Source: Promethearchaeota archaeon Loki_b32 (lineage in GTDB: Archaea; Asgardarchaeota; Lokiarchaeia; Sigyniarchaeales; SOKP01). From it: DNA of 64,000 nt. The number at the start of each line of letters is the position of its first letter. Within the stretch, counting starts at the first letter, position 1. The notes below the pieces were generated by a model. The model worked only from the letters and a program-made list of their open reading frames with translations, had not been told where the DNA came from and searched no databases. The DNA is taken from the NCBI GenBank assembly GCA_005223125.1, contig NJBH01000001.1:96001-160000 (forward strand), read 5' to 3'. The position numbers were made by a program, and so were the translations under genes. Of this stretch, positions 1 to 9,475 are shown one piece after another.

Positions 1-1364
1 TTAACATTGGGCAAATTATATTTCTCAAAAGCCGGTTTCCAATCATGAAGGCGAACTCGTCCTAATCCTCGGGCTGCTCCTTGGTTGAAAAGGAAATCAT
101 CATTTTTAATATTGTCCTGTCGAGGAACTTCCTCATATTTCTTATGATTCATGAAGAAATTTAGCATGAATTTTAAAATTAAGGCAATATTCACATGAAC
201 CGTCCCCTCGAGTTTTGGTAAAGCGCGAATATCTATAGCTGCGTTCTCGAAATACATATCTTTCTCAAAACCTTTTGCCGCAATAACGTCCCATAAGAGA
301 TTGATAACTTCCTCTCCTTGTGTTGTTGTTTTCATTTTCATTACTGGAGCATAAAGTAGGTAGCGCCGATCTTTTTTAGAAGCTACGCGCATGTAATCAG
401 CAGTTCGTAATCCAAATAATTTCATAGCGACTAACCGTGTATAGGCATCTACAAAATTTTGTTTAACGTGTTGAAAATCAGTAACATACATATTATATAA
501 TCTACGATGAGCAGCATGATGAATAGCTTCATAAAATGCATGCGTACAAATGCCAATTGAAGCCCAACCTAAATTATATTTACCCACATTTACAGTATTG
601 AGTGAAGCATTCCATGCATCTTCTCCTTTAGAAAGAATATCTTCTTCAGTTATGGGATAATCATGTAGAGCAAAATTTGCTACAAAGTTTTGGCTATCGC
701 AAACATTTTTTTTCAGTTCATAATTTTTGTGTTTATAATTTGCTACAAAAAATACATATTGATCTTTATTTTTCATGTCATATGGAGGGATATTACCATC
801 TATATCAGCAAGTTTACCAAAATTTGAAACCATCTCCGCTTCGTTACCATTACCAATATAATACTTCTCTCCATTAGCCCGATAAGTTTCATCTTCTTGT
901 AGTGTAAGTTTCATCTCAGTTGCATAGATATCCGCTCCGTGAGCTTTTTCTGAAAGACCAAATGCAAATATCGCTCCTTCTCTAAGTAATCGAGCTGCCT
1001 TCTTCTTAATTTCTTCATTATTACTCATCCATATGGGTCCAAGTCCTAGAATGGAGACTTGCCAAGTATACCAATAATTAAGACCATAAAATGCTAGAAT
1101 TTCGTTAAATTCGCAAATACGCCACGTATCCCAACGATAATTCTCATCTTCACCGTATGGAGTGGGTGTTAGAAGCTGTGCAAAAATATTGTTGTTTTTT
1201 TGAAACTCAATAAAATCAGAATACCACACCCTTTCGTGATAATCTTCTTTTAGTTTTGCTTTCCCCTTCTTTTCGAAAAAATCAATAGTTTTAAGCATAA
1301 TCTCCTTAGACTTCTCATCGGGATAATAGCGATCATGCTTTTTAGGATTTAATAAAATTGTCAT
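1..1364 (-). CDS. Acyl-CoA dehydrogenase family protein (partial; runs off the window start)
   Basis: Not in the ORF track because it has no stop in the window. Manual translation from ATG at 1364 gives MTILLNPKKHDRYYPDEK..., then FAFGLSEKAHGAD, LNTVNVGKYNLG and KLEGTVHVN, which are typical acyl-CoA dehydrogenase motifs. Confidence 0.88.
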   Translation of the reverse strand, partial: MTILLNPKKHDRYYPDEKSKEIMLKTIDFFEKKGKAKLKEDYHERVWYSDFIEFQKNNNIFAQLLTPTPYGEDENYRWDTWRICEFNEILAFYGLNYWYTWQVSILGLGPIWMSNNEEIKKKAARLLREGAIFAFGLSEKAHGADIYATEMKLTLQEDETYRANGEKYYIGNGNEAEMVSNFGKLADIDGNIPPYDMKNKDQYVFFVANYKHKNYELKKNVCDSQNFVANFALHDYPITEEDILSKGEDAWNASLNTVNVGKYNLGWASIGICTHAFYEAIHHAAHRRLYNMYVTDFQHVKQNFVDAYTRLVAMKLFGLRTADYMRVASKKDRRYLLYAPVMKMKTTTQGEEVINLLWDVIAAKGFEKDMYFENAAIDIRALPKLEGTVHVNIALILKFMLNFFMNHKKYEEVPRQDNIKNDDFLFNQGAARGLGRVRLHDWKPAFEKYNLPNV

Positions 1365-1561
1365 TAGTTTTTATTTCTCTCATCAATTATTTAATTAATT
1401 TTAAAAATCGTTAAGAAATTTTAAAAATTTAGATTAGTTAAGAAAATAATTAAAATATCCACATTTCTTAAAATTAAAGAAAAATTATAAATTATCTGGA
1501 GTTGGAATAATTTAAAAAAAAGTTACTGATCACATCTTTTACTAATTCCTTAAAATTGGAT

Positions 1562-2422
1562 TTAATGGGAATTGTCCTCCCAATGAATCAGATCGACTTG
1601 TTGTTCTGTGATATTAAAGCCGAATGATTTATAAAGGCCTGTAGCCCGAGTATTTTTAACATGGACTCGAAGACCTACTCTCTCCAGACCTAAGTCCTTT
1701 AATCTTTCAAGAGTATATAGCAAAATTTGCTTACCAAACCCTTTAGATCTGAATTCAGGTGCAACACCAATATTATTTAAATTATTTTGGGAATTTGGAG
1801 TTAGATTCAAAATTCCAATCATTTTATTTTCCTTATAAACATTATAAAGTTCTTGCATTTCATACCAAAAATTAAGAAGCATGTCAGGTACTCCAGCTAA
1901 GTTCACCGTGGTTTCTCCCTCATAAGAACCATCAGTACAATGGCCTACTGACTCTAAAAATTCTCTAACTTTATCTTTTTCGACTTTTTCGAATCTAAGT
2001 ATTTCTGGGGGGCTAGAGATATCATCTAATGATCGATCCATCCTGTACCAACGCGCTTTTTCCTTAAAGCCTTGTTCTTTGAAAGTTTGGATAACTTTTG
2101 TCTGCTTCTCGGGTATGCTAGGTGCAAAAACATATTTAACGCTATGATCTTTTCCCTTACTTAAAGTCTTTTTAGCGATCTCCTCAATACAATTTTGGGA
2201 TTTCTCATAATCTAAGATTTGTATCATGCACAATGGTGTTCCTATAGGGGCTATTAAATTCACAGGTTCCTTGCCATAATAGACTATTGCAACTGGGTTT
2301 GATGCACATAAAAAGAGCCAATATTTTAGTCCCATCGATTCATATGTTTGTACATACTTCAATATCTTCTCTCTGAATTGCTCGATTTTAGAATCTTTAT
2401 GTGAGATAATTTGTAAATTCAT
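1562..2422 (-). CDS. GNAT family N-acetyltransferase (tandem GNAT domains)
   Basis: C-terminal acetyl-CoA motif IGVAPEFRSKGFGKQIL and NTRATGLYKSFGF. Confidence 0.85.
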   Translation of the reverse strand: MNLQIISHKDSKIEQFREKILKYVQTYESMGLKYWLFLCASNPVAIVYYGKEPVNLIAPIGTPLCMIQILDYEKSQNCIEEIAKKTLSKGKDHSVKYVFAPSIPEKQTKVIQTFKEQGFKEKARWYRMDRSLDDISSPPEILRFEKVEKDKVREFLESVGHCTDGSYEGETTVNLAGVPDMLLNFWYEMQELYNVYKENKMIGILNLTPNSQNNLNNIGVAPEFRSKGFGKQILLYTLERLKDLGLERVGLRVHVKNTRATGLYKSFGFNITEQQVDLIHWEDNSH

Positions 2423-2506
2423 AAATATCTAAAAATATTATGGAATTTGAAGTTAATTATTTATTAAATGTATAGAAATAAATTAGGATTTTAATTTCAT
2501 AAGACA

Positions 2507-4453
2507 ATGAGTTATGATAAAATTTTTAAAGGAAAACGGGGAGATGAAAAGTTCTATTTAGGCAATGAGGCGATAGTTCGAGGCGCTTTAGAAAGTGGTA
2601 TTGATGTTTACACTTATTATCCGGGCACACCCAGCTCAGAAGTTGGAGAAACTTTTATGGAAATTTTCAAAGAAGTAGGAATGAAATGGGTGGAACGCAG
2701 CATCAATGAAAAAGTCGCAATAGAAGTTGCAGGAGCAGCGTACGCTAGAGGAGCGACAGTGATGGTAGGGATGAAAAATGTAGGATTGAATGTTGCCTCC
2801 GATCCATTATTTGCTCTTGCTACCACACGTCCAAAAAATAAGAATTCCGCAATGGTAATTTTAGTTGCTGATGATCCTCAACAACATTCGAGTGCGGTAG
2901 AAATGGATTCAAGATATTTCTTAAAAATATTTAAAATACCAGCATTAGAACCGAGCAATCCTCAGGAATGTTTAGAATTTACTAAAGAAGCATTTAAAAT
3001 ATCAAGAGAATTAAAACTTCCTGTAATATTAAGGACTGTCACAATGATTTCTCATGCCAGAAGTAACGTGATTGTTGGGGAAATAAAACCTTCTGGGATT
3101 AGAGATGATTTTAATTTATCAAAAGAGGTTAACGTTGCTTTGAGACTTTACTTCTTAGAGTTAAAAGAAGAACATATATATAATAGATTGAATCAAGCTT
3201 TAGAGATTTCAGAGAATAGCCCATTGAATAAAATTGAAAATGAAAATATAAAAAATAAATTTGATTTAGGAATTATTACAAGCGGTGTATCTTATAGTTA
3301 TGTAGGTGATACTTTAGATTTTCTTGAGCTTGAAGCACCAATACTTAAGATTGGCTTCATAAATCCACTTCCAGAAAGAAAAATTGTGGTGTTTCTAAAA
3401 CAATTTAAACAGATATTTGTTATTGAAGAAAATGATACCTATCTCGAAACTCAAATTTTGGCAATTGCTCACAAAAATAGTCTTAATGTGAAAATTCATG
3501 GGAAAGATCCTTTTTCTTACTCAAAAGAAAATAAATTATTATCTATTGTAGGAGAATTAAATCCTACTAAAATCGCTTTAGCGTTAATGAAAATAACAGA
3601 TATAAAGCCAAAAATAGATTTAAACCAAATTAGTAAGAAGAAATATGATACCTTAGCGAGAAATCCCATAATGTGTCCGGGATGCCCCCATAGAACAACA
3701 GGATATGCTTTACAAAAAGCTATAAAAAAAATTAAATTAATTTCAGGAAAAAACATTTACTTTTACCAAGATATTGGGTGTTATACACTTTTAGCTTTTC
3801 CTCCATTTTCTTTTGCTAATGTTAAGTATTGCATGGGTTCTAGTATAGCCTTAGCTCAGGGAGTTGCTCAAACAAGTGAAAGTTTTAATATAGCAATTAT
3901 AGGAGATGGAACATTTTTTCATTCTGGGATACCTGCGCTTTTAAATGGAATATATAATAAAACTCCAATTTTGGTGTTAATATTAGATAATGGGTGGATC
4001 GGGATGACAGGCCAGCAACCCCATCCTGGGAGTGATACACGCTACTACAAAGAGGGAAGCTCTAAGAAAGCTATTAATCTAGAAGAATTCTTAAACGGTA
4101 CGGGAGCAAATGTTAACGTAATTAAGCATTATGAAAATAATGATAATGAATATTTCCTAAAGTTAAGTAAACTTATTTATGAAAAAAGCCTCGATGTCAT
4201 AAATAATAAAAATTTACATGTTATTATTATTAAGGACGAATGTATTCAAAAAACTATTAAAAGACAAGCGCCCGTTTTAAGATATATTGATAATGAGTTA
4301 TGTAATAATTGTGGTATATGTTATAGGAAATTTTTATGTCCTGCTATTGATATTAGCGAGGAATTAGTCTATATTGATCAAAATCTATGCCTAGGTTGCG
4401 GTATATGTGAAATGATTTGCCCAAATAAAGCTATTCATAGGGAGGAGCTATAA
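2507..4453 (+). CDS. iorA: Indolepyruvate:ferredoxin oxidoreductase alpha subunit
   Basis: GNEAIVRG, YPGTPSSE, NEKVA, MKNVGLNVASD, MCPGCPHR, DIGCY, TPP motif GDGTFFHSG...N and two C-terminal 4Fe-4S motifs. Confidence 0.93.
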   Translation: MSYDKIFKGKRGDEKFYLGNEAIVRGALESGIDVYTYYPGTPSSEVGETFMEIFKEVGMKWVERSINEKVAIEVAGAAYARGATVMVGMKNVGLNVASDPLFALATTRPKNKNSAMVILVADDPQQHSSAVEMDSRYFLKIFKIPALEPSNPQECLEFTKEAFKISRELKLPVILRTVTMISHARSNVIVGEIKPSGIRDDFNLSKEVNVALRLYFLELKEEHIYNRLNQALEISENSPLNKIENENIKNKFDLGIITSGVSYSYVGDTLDFLELEAPILKIGFINPLPERKIVVFLKQFKQIFVIEENDTYLETQILAIAHKNSLNVKIHGKDPFSYSKENKLLSIVGELNPTKIALALMKITDIKPKIDLNQISKKKYDTLARNPIMCPGCPHRTTGYALQKAIKKIKLISGKNIYFYQDIGCYTLLAFPPFSFANVKYCMGSSIALAQGVAQTSESFNIAIIGDGTFFHSGIPALLNGIYNKTPILVLILDNGWIGMTGQQPHPGSDTRYYKEGSSKKAINLEEFLNGTGANVNVIKHYENNDNEYFLKLSKLIYEKSLDVINNKNLHVIIIKDECIQKTIKRQAPVLRYIDNELCNNCGICYRKFLCPAIDISEELVYIDQNLCLGCGICEMICPNKAIHREEL

Positions 4454-5055
4454 TGAATTTTGATAGTTATACTATAGTAGTTACTGGTTTAGGAGGGCAA
4501 GGTTTAATTAGATTTTTACAAATTTTAGGAAATGCTTTAATGATTAAAGGATATAAAGTTATGACTTCTGAGACTCATGGCCTTAGTCAGAGAGGAGGAA
4601 AAGTGTCATGCTTCCTTCGTTTCGGAAATAAATTACCCGCTCCAATCCCAATGATAGGATCAGCGGACATAATTCTAAGTTTAGAAGAGAGTAGCATCTT
4701 GGATGTATTATATTATGCTAAACCCGATAAAAGTACGAATTTAATAATATCCACTTACGAGAAACAGCAAATTGACACAAAATACCCTTCTCTGGAGTAT
4801 CTATTAAGTGTTCTATATGAAAATTCTGAAAATATTTATTTTATTCCAGTTTCGGAGATAGCAGTAAAACATACGGGAAATTTAAAGGCTATGAATAGTG
4901 TTATATTAGGCTACATTCTAAAATTCTTACCCTTAGACAGTAATGATCTTGAAGAATCTTTAATACAACATTTTTCAGAGAAGAATTTAGAATTAAATCT
5001 AAAAGGATTTAAAGAGGGTCAAAAATTACAGTCGATTTTATCAGAAAATGAGTAA
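4453..5055 (+). CDS. iorB: Indolepyruvate:ferredoxin oxidoreductase beta subunit
   Basis: GLGGQG and SETHGLSQRGG motifs; translationally coupled to iorA (TAATG overlap). Confidence 0.92.
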   Translation: MNFDSYTIVVTGLGGQGLIRFLQILGNALMIKGYKVMTSETHGLSQRGGKVSCFLRFGNKLPAPIPMIGSADIILSLEESSILDVLYYAKPDKSTNLIISTYEKQQIDTKYPSLEYLLSVLYENSENIYFIPVSEIAVKHTGNLKAMNSVILGYILKFLPLDSNDLEESLIQHFSEKNLELNLKGFKEGQKLQSILSENE

Positions 5056-5067
5056 TAAATTTTAAAT

Positions 5068-6441
5068 CTACAAATGCTTTTGAAGGTTTACAATCTTTTT
5101 TCCTAGTTTTTTAATTCTGGATTCATTCCCATTAAAGTCTTGGACGTCTTTTAGTATTTTTAAACATTGTTGATAATAGTTAATAGCATTAATGTAATCC
5201 TTTCTTTTCTCAGCTTTTTCTCCTGCTTTTAAGGCATAATCCAAATCTAATCCTTTAATCTTTTTATCAAGTTCTAAAACCAAGAACGATATCCTACCAA
5301 TGTCTTCCTTGAAATCAAAACCAGTTGCTAAAAAGAGAGCTTTTTCATATTCTTTTTGTGCTTCCTTATATATTAAAGCTTTTTCAGCAGTTTCTCCTTT
5401 TTTAGTATAGGATTTAATAGCTTTACTAACTTCTTCTTCACTCATATATTTAGCTTTTTCTTTTAATTCATGTATAGCGTCATCATTAGCAATAATAGGG
5501 GAAATTAATTCGTTATTAGCAAGTCGAGTTGCTTCTGTTTCTTGAAATCTTAGAATATTATTTTCAGCAATCTCGATTGTAGTAGGAATTATAAAATTAT
5601 TTTTTAAAAGTTGAGAAATTTCATAGAGGATAACATTCGCATCGATTTTAACGATTTTTTGAACTTCATCGATTAAATTGATGATAAAAAAGAATTGTTT
5701 TGAAGCCAATAATTGTTTAGCAAAATCTATAATAGCTTTTTGTATAGGGTTTTTTTTAATTCTTTCTAAGGTATCTGGTAAAAATATATGAGTTAAAGTC
5801 ATCGGGAATACCAACATGATATTGAATGTATCAATTATGAAATCAATAGTATCTTCGAAGTCAAGCTTTCGAGTACTAATAAATCTTTCTAGTTTACCCA
5901 AATATCTTGCTTCATATTCATTTAAAAATTCTGATACAAGGATTTTCAAACTATCAGAAGCTTTATGATCTAATACCAAACAAATTCTAATGAATTCTCT
6001 ATTTTTTAGTAAAATATTGAATGTCTCATATTGAAATTCATAAAAAGGATGGACTTTTCCATTACTTATCATACCATTTGAATTGCTGCCCGATTCGGAG
6101 AAAGTTATATTTGCCTGAATGAATCCCGTTAATAGTTGAGTATCTACACCTGCTCCTGAAATTGGATAATCTACTAATGGTAACCCCGAATCTTTAGCGA
6201 TTAATAAAATGTGTTTAATATTTAGAACATCTAAAAACTTTTGCCAGTTTAAATCCTGAAACATCTGGGTCCGTCTTTCCTCAGAATCAATTATCGTAAA
6301 TTTTAAATTTTGTTTAAGATCTAAACCAAATTTTTCAAGTTGAGCTTTAACACACTCTTTACAGTGATCTGGATATCTCTGACAATTATTTTTGTCAATT
6401 CCGCAATTAAACCCTACAGGACTAATCTGAAAATATACCAT
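5068..6441 (-). CDS. Asgard-type protein with N-terminal 4-Cys cluster, longin/roadblock-like domain and C-terminal TPR-like helices
   Basis: ILLIAKDSGLPL...LLTGFIQANITFS resembles the cytoplasmic domain of 35638..37896. The C-terminus has TPR-like helices (AINYYQQCLKIL). Confidence 0.6.
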   Translation of the reverse strand: MVYFQISPVGFNCGIDKNNCQRYPDHCKECVKAQLEKFGLDLKQNLKFTIIDSEERRTQMFQDLNWQKFLDVLNIKHILLIAKDSGLPLVDYPISGAGVDTQLLTGFIQANITFSESGSNSNGMISNGKVHPFYEFQYETFNILLKNREFIRICLVLDHKASDSLKILVSEFLNEYEARYLGKLERFISTRKLDFEDTIDFIIDTFNIMLVFPMTLTHIFLPDTLERIKKNPIQKAIIDFAKQLLASKQFFFIINLIDEVQKIVKIDANVILYEISQLLKNNFIIPTTIEIAENNILRFQETEATRLANNELISPIIANDDAIHELKEKAKYMSEEEVSKAIKSYTKKGETAEKALIYKEAQKEYEKALFLATGFDFKEDIGRISFLVLELDKKIKGLDLDYALKAGEKAEKRKDYINAINYYQQCLKILKDVQDFNGNESRIKKLGKKIVNLQKHL

Positions 6442-6636
6442 TTAGAACCAATACTTCAATTTAATAATTTTAATTGTAATAATAAGTATTAAAAACATTT
6501 ATGTTAATTTTTTCTTATCAACAATCTCTGCAAATAATTATTATATTCATTCTTTTTATTGTTTTATACTCACTTTAGATTCTGTACTAATATAACGAAA
6601 AATTAAATGTCAAAAAAATGGAAGCAACTTTTCTAT

Positions 6637-6766
6637 TTAGAGAAATCATTGTAATAATACAATCTAGGAATAAACACTTTTTTTCTATAAGACTAAGAAC
6701 AACTTGAGCAAAATCTGGTTTAATGTCGTCTTCAATCACTAGTTCAGAAAGGAGAATGTATTTAAT
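6637..6766 (-). pseudogene. Remnant of the C-terminus of a longin-like-domain protein paralogue
   Basis: Manual translation KYILLSELVIEDDIKPDFAQVVLSLIEKK aligns without gaps to the C-terminus of 35638..37896 (HFFLNSLLPGKECSPKDIEIIINLIEKN). One extra A in the A7 run would continue it as VFIP. There is an in-frame stop upstream. Confidence 0.4.
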
Positions 6767-6849
6767 TCAGAAAAAATGAAAACTATTAATAGTAGATTTA
6801 AAAGAATTGGGAAAAAAAAAAATAAAGTTACTTAAATTGGATTTTTAAT

Positions 6850-7884
6850 TTACACTTGATACCTTTGATCAATAATAGTTTGAAATTGCATGTTTGAATG
6901 AGGTTGGTCTTGATAACCACCTCGTTTTGAAACAAGATAAAACTGTACCATAGATTTATTATATTCTAAAGTAATTCCTCGCCATTTATTATCATTCGAA
7001 TTAAATTCTACAACATTTCCAAGTGCTACTCCTTTTCTTGCAGAGTAATCAAGGTTCAATCCTGCTAAAGTCTTTATAAGTTCATCATGGTATTCATTAA
7101 CTTTACGTTGAGGTTTATCTTTAAATCTTAATGCTTCAATGGAGAAAGCTTTAATAATATCGTTGCTCATGGTATTCCATACTTCTTTGTTTGTATAAAA
7201 TTCAATCCCAATAAACTCACCATTAATAAACACGGCAATTCCACACTGATTTTGTACTCTTTTAAAGTGTTTTACGAAATTTTCAGTTTGTTTTTCAGAT
7301 TCTTTAGTTATCTCGAGATAACTTTGAGTTGGCGCAATTGATGATGCGTAATTCATCTCTACTCTATGTGATTGAATCTCATTCCACACCCCACTTTGGC
7401 CTGCAGCTGAAATGGCTTGATATGCTACATTAGGATGAAGCCTTGTACTTGAAGATTTGAATCCACGACTTTTGCTATAGTTCCACCTCGATTGTTCCAC
7501 ACATTTAGCAGGTATAGTATATTTTTGTTTATTTGTTCCAGGATTTTCACTGACTATGCTTTGTTTTCCTCCAACAGGTAATAATATTGGCTCCCAGATT
7601 GTTCTATCCTGTTTTCCCCCGCGAACTGTCATTCCGAATGGAATTAATATTTGTTTATCACTTTTATTTACAACTTCCAATTGACCAACTGTTTCAGTTT
7701 CAATAATCTCGATTAATTCTAATTCTTCTGCTTCCTTTATACTGATATAATCAATAAATTTTTCGTCTTGAACGATGAGTGGAATAACTGTCATGTTTTT
7801 ATAAACTTGAGGAGTATCTAATTTAAGATAACTTAAAGGATTTTTAAATAAGGTCTTTACAATTTGGATACTTTCATTTTTCAA
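6850..7884 (-). CDS. ARPP-1 (DUF6569) family domain protein
   Basis: Family hallmark motifs V..L.V.N.SD..ILIP.G..V.GGKQDR, CVEQSRW and QSGVW; TTG start. Confidence 0.75.
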   Translation of the reverse strand: MKNESIQIVKTLFKNPLSYLKLDTPQVYKNMTVIPLIVQDEKFIDYISIKEAEELELIEIIETETVGQLEVVNKSDKQILIPFGMTVRGGKQDRTIWEPILLPVGGKQSIVSENPGTNKQKYTIPAKCVEQSRWNYSKSRGFKSSSTRLHPNVAYQAISAAGQSGVWNEIQSHRVEMNYASSIAPTQSYLEITKESEKQTENFVKHFKRVQNQCGIAVFINGEFIGIEFYTNKEVWNTMSNDIIKAFSIEALRFKDKPQRKVNEYHDELIKTLAGLNLDYSARKGVALGNVVEFNSNDNKWRGITLEYNKSMVQFYLVSKRGGYQDQPHSNMQFQTIIDQRYQV

Positions 7885-7886
7885 AC

Positions 7887-8333
7887 TTAATCATCCTCTT
7901 TTTTTTCATTTTCATTTTTTATACGTTTATTTTTTTCAGGCAAATTTTCTTCATAAAGCGGACTTATAAACTGATTTACTATATCTTTTCCATTTTTAGT
8001 AAGCTCTACTCCTTGAATGACTTTTAATTTTCCACTTTTACTTATTCCATTAATCCTAACACCTTTTCCTTTTGGTACTTCAGTTTCAGAGAATTCTTTC
8101 TTATGAGTTTTTACTAATCCACCCTTCTTTAGAGCATTTAAATGATAGTTTATATTTTGTCTATCAACCCCAATGTTTTTAGCGATCTGAGCAGGAATCT
8201 CTGGGCTTTCCGAAAGTTGCTGTAATATATCAGCCCTTACAGGGCTTCGAAATACAAGTCCTACTTTTTCAAAAATCGGTTTTTTCTTCTCTTTTTCTTC
8301 CTTTTTTGCCATAAATTTCACGTTTTTTTGCAA
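7887..8333 (-). CDS. ArsR-family winged-helix transcriptional regulator (likely start ATG at 8312)
   Basis: FRSPVRADILQQL...PAQIAKNIGVDRQNINYHLNALKKGGLV; its stop lies 2 nt from the ARPP-1 start. Confidence 0.85.
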   Translation of the reverse strand: MQKNVKFMAKKEEKEKKKPIFEKVGLVFRSPVRADILQQLSESPEIPAQIAKNIGVDRQNINYHLNALKKGGLVKTHKKEFSETEVPKGKGVRINGISKSGKLKVIQGVELTKNGKDIVNQFISPLYEENLPEKNKRIKNENEKKEDD

Positions 8334-8343
8334 AATAAAATTA

Positions 8344-8368
8344 TACAGTAAAAAAAGTTTTTACTGTA
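8344..8368. promoter_or_regulatory. Perfect 11-bp inverted repeat, putative ArsR operator
   Basis: TACAGTAAAAA-AAG-TTTTTACTGTA lies between a minus-strand TTTATATA box (~8390-8397) and the arsR start. Confidence 0.6.
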
Positions 8369-8442
8369 AAAATTGTATAATCATTTTCATATATAAATGT
8401 TCCTACTTTTGTTAAATTTAAACTATAGAGGAATGTATACAT

Positions 8443-9330
8443 TTGGATTTAGAAATCTTTACTATTACAACTGCTGTTATATTATGTGGCTTAGCAATAA
8501 TTCATGCAATATTTGATGGATCTTCTAATCGTATTCAACGATTATTAATGCTGGCAACTCTATTTATATACGGTATTTTCCTAGAATATATAGGAATTAT
8601 GTCAGGACATCATTATTATGCAGAAGAAACCGTTATGTTTTTTGAGGTGGTGCCTTTATCAATTCCACTAGCATGGGTGGGAATCATTTATAGTGCAATG
8701 ATTATTGCTGAACACTTAAAATTATCTCTATGGATGCGTATTCTAACGACGACTTTCATTGCTCTTAGCTTAGATTGGGGCATGGATCCTATTTCAGTAG
8801 ATTTAGGTCTATGGACTTGGACACACGAAGGCGGTTCTTTTTTTGGAATACCCAGCTTTAATTTTACTGGTTGGTTTTTAATACCGATTGCATTTTTAAT
8901 ACCATATAATTTAAACTGGAGTACTGAAAAGAAAAGATTAAGAATTTTGACTATTCGGGAAATCGATAATAATGATTCAATGAATCGAAAAATCTACACT
9001 CTTTTTCTAGTAGTTCCATTAGGTTTAATATTAATGATGGGGATCGGATCTATAACTTTAGTACCATTTTTTTATAACTTACCATTAGTAATTGTTATTA
9101 TCTTTGAATTTCTAACAATACTTATTGCTTCATTCATGATTATCTTCAACTTCCAGAATCTAAAACGTGTGAATTGGTATGACTTGATACCTCCAATTGT
9201 TCTAATATATGTTGCCTATAGTCACATTTTATTAGGTTTTTTCACAGGTCAAATTGTTTTAAGTATACATATGATCCTAACAACATTCCCATTAGTATTA
9301 GCATTAATCTTCACTCTGTGGAAAAGGTAA
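8443..9330 (+). CDS. CruF-like (carotenoid biosynthesis protein, DUF422 family) membrane protein
   Basis: E..G, VPLSIPLAW, D...DP....G.W.W and GIP..NF.GW motifs; multiple TM helices. Confidence 0.75.
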   Translation: MDLEIFTITTAVILCGLAIIHAIFDGSSNRIQRLLMLATLFIYGIFLEYIGIMSGHHYYAEETVMFFEVVPLSIPLAWVGIIYSAMIIAEHLKLSLWMRILTTTFIALSLDWGMDPISVDLGLWTWTHEGGSFFGIPSFNFTGWFLIPIAFLIPYNLNWSTEKKRLRILTIREIDNNDSMNRKIYTLFLVVPLGLILMMGIGSITLVPFFYNLPLVIVIIFEFLTILIASFMIIFNFQNLKRVNWYDLIPPIVLIYVAYSHILLGFFTGQIVLSIHMILTTFPLVLALIFTLWKR

Positions 9331-9475
9331 TAATTGAAAATTCTTATCAATCAAAGGAAAAGAATAATAAAAAGTTAGTTATATAGTATTGAGTATTAAA
9401 AAATATAAGAAAATGATTGATAAATTAGATTCTTTGATTAACACTATGGATTAATAAACTTAAACATTCGAAGAT

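Noticed and set aside
677-877. 66-aa plus-strand ORF in the track
   Set aside because: It is antisense to the acyl-CoA dehydrogenase (1..1364) and has no motif.
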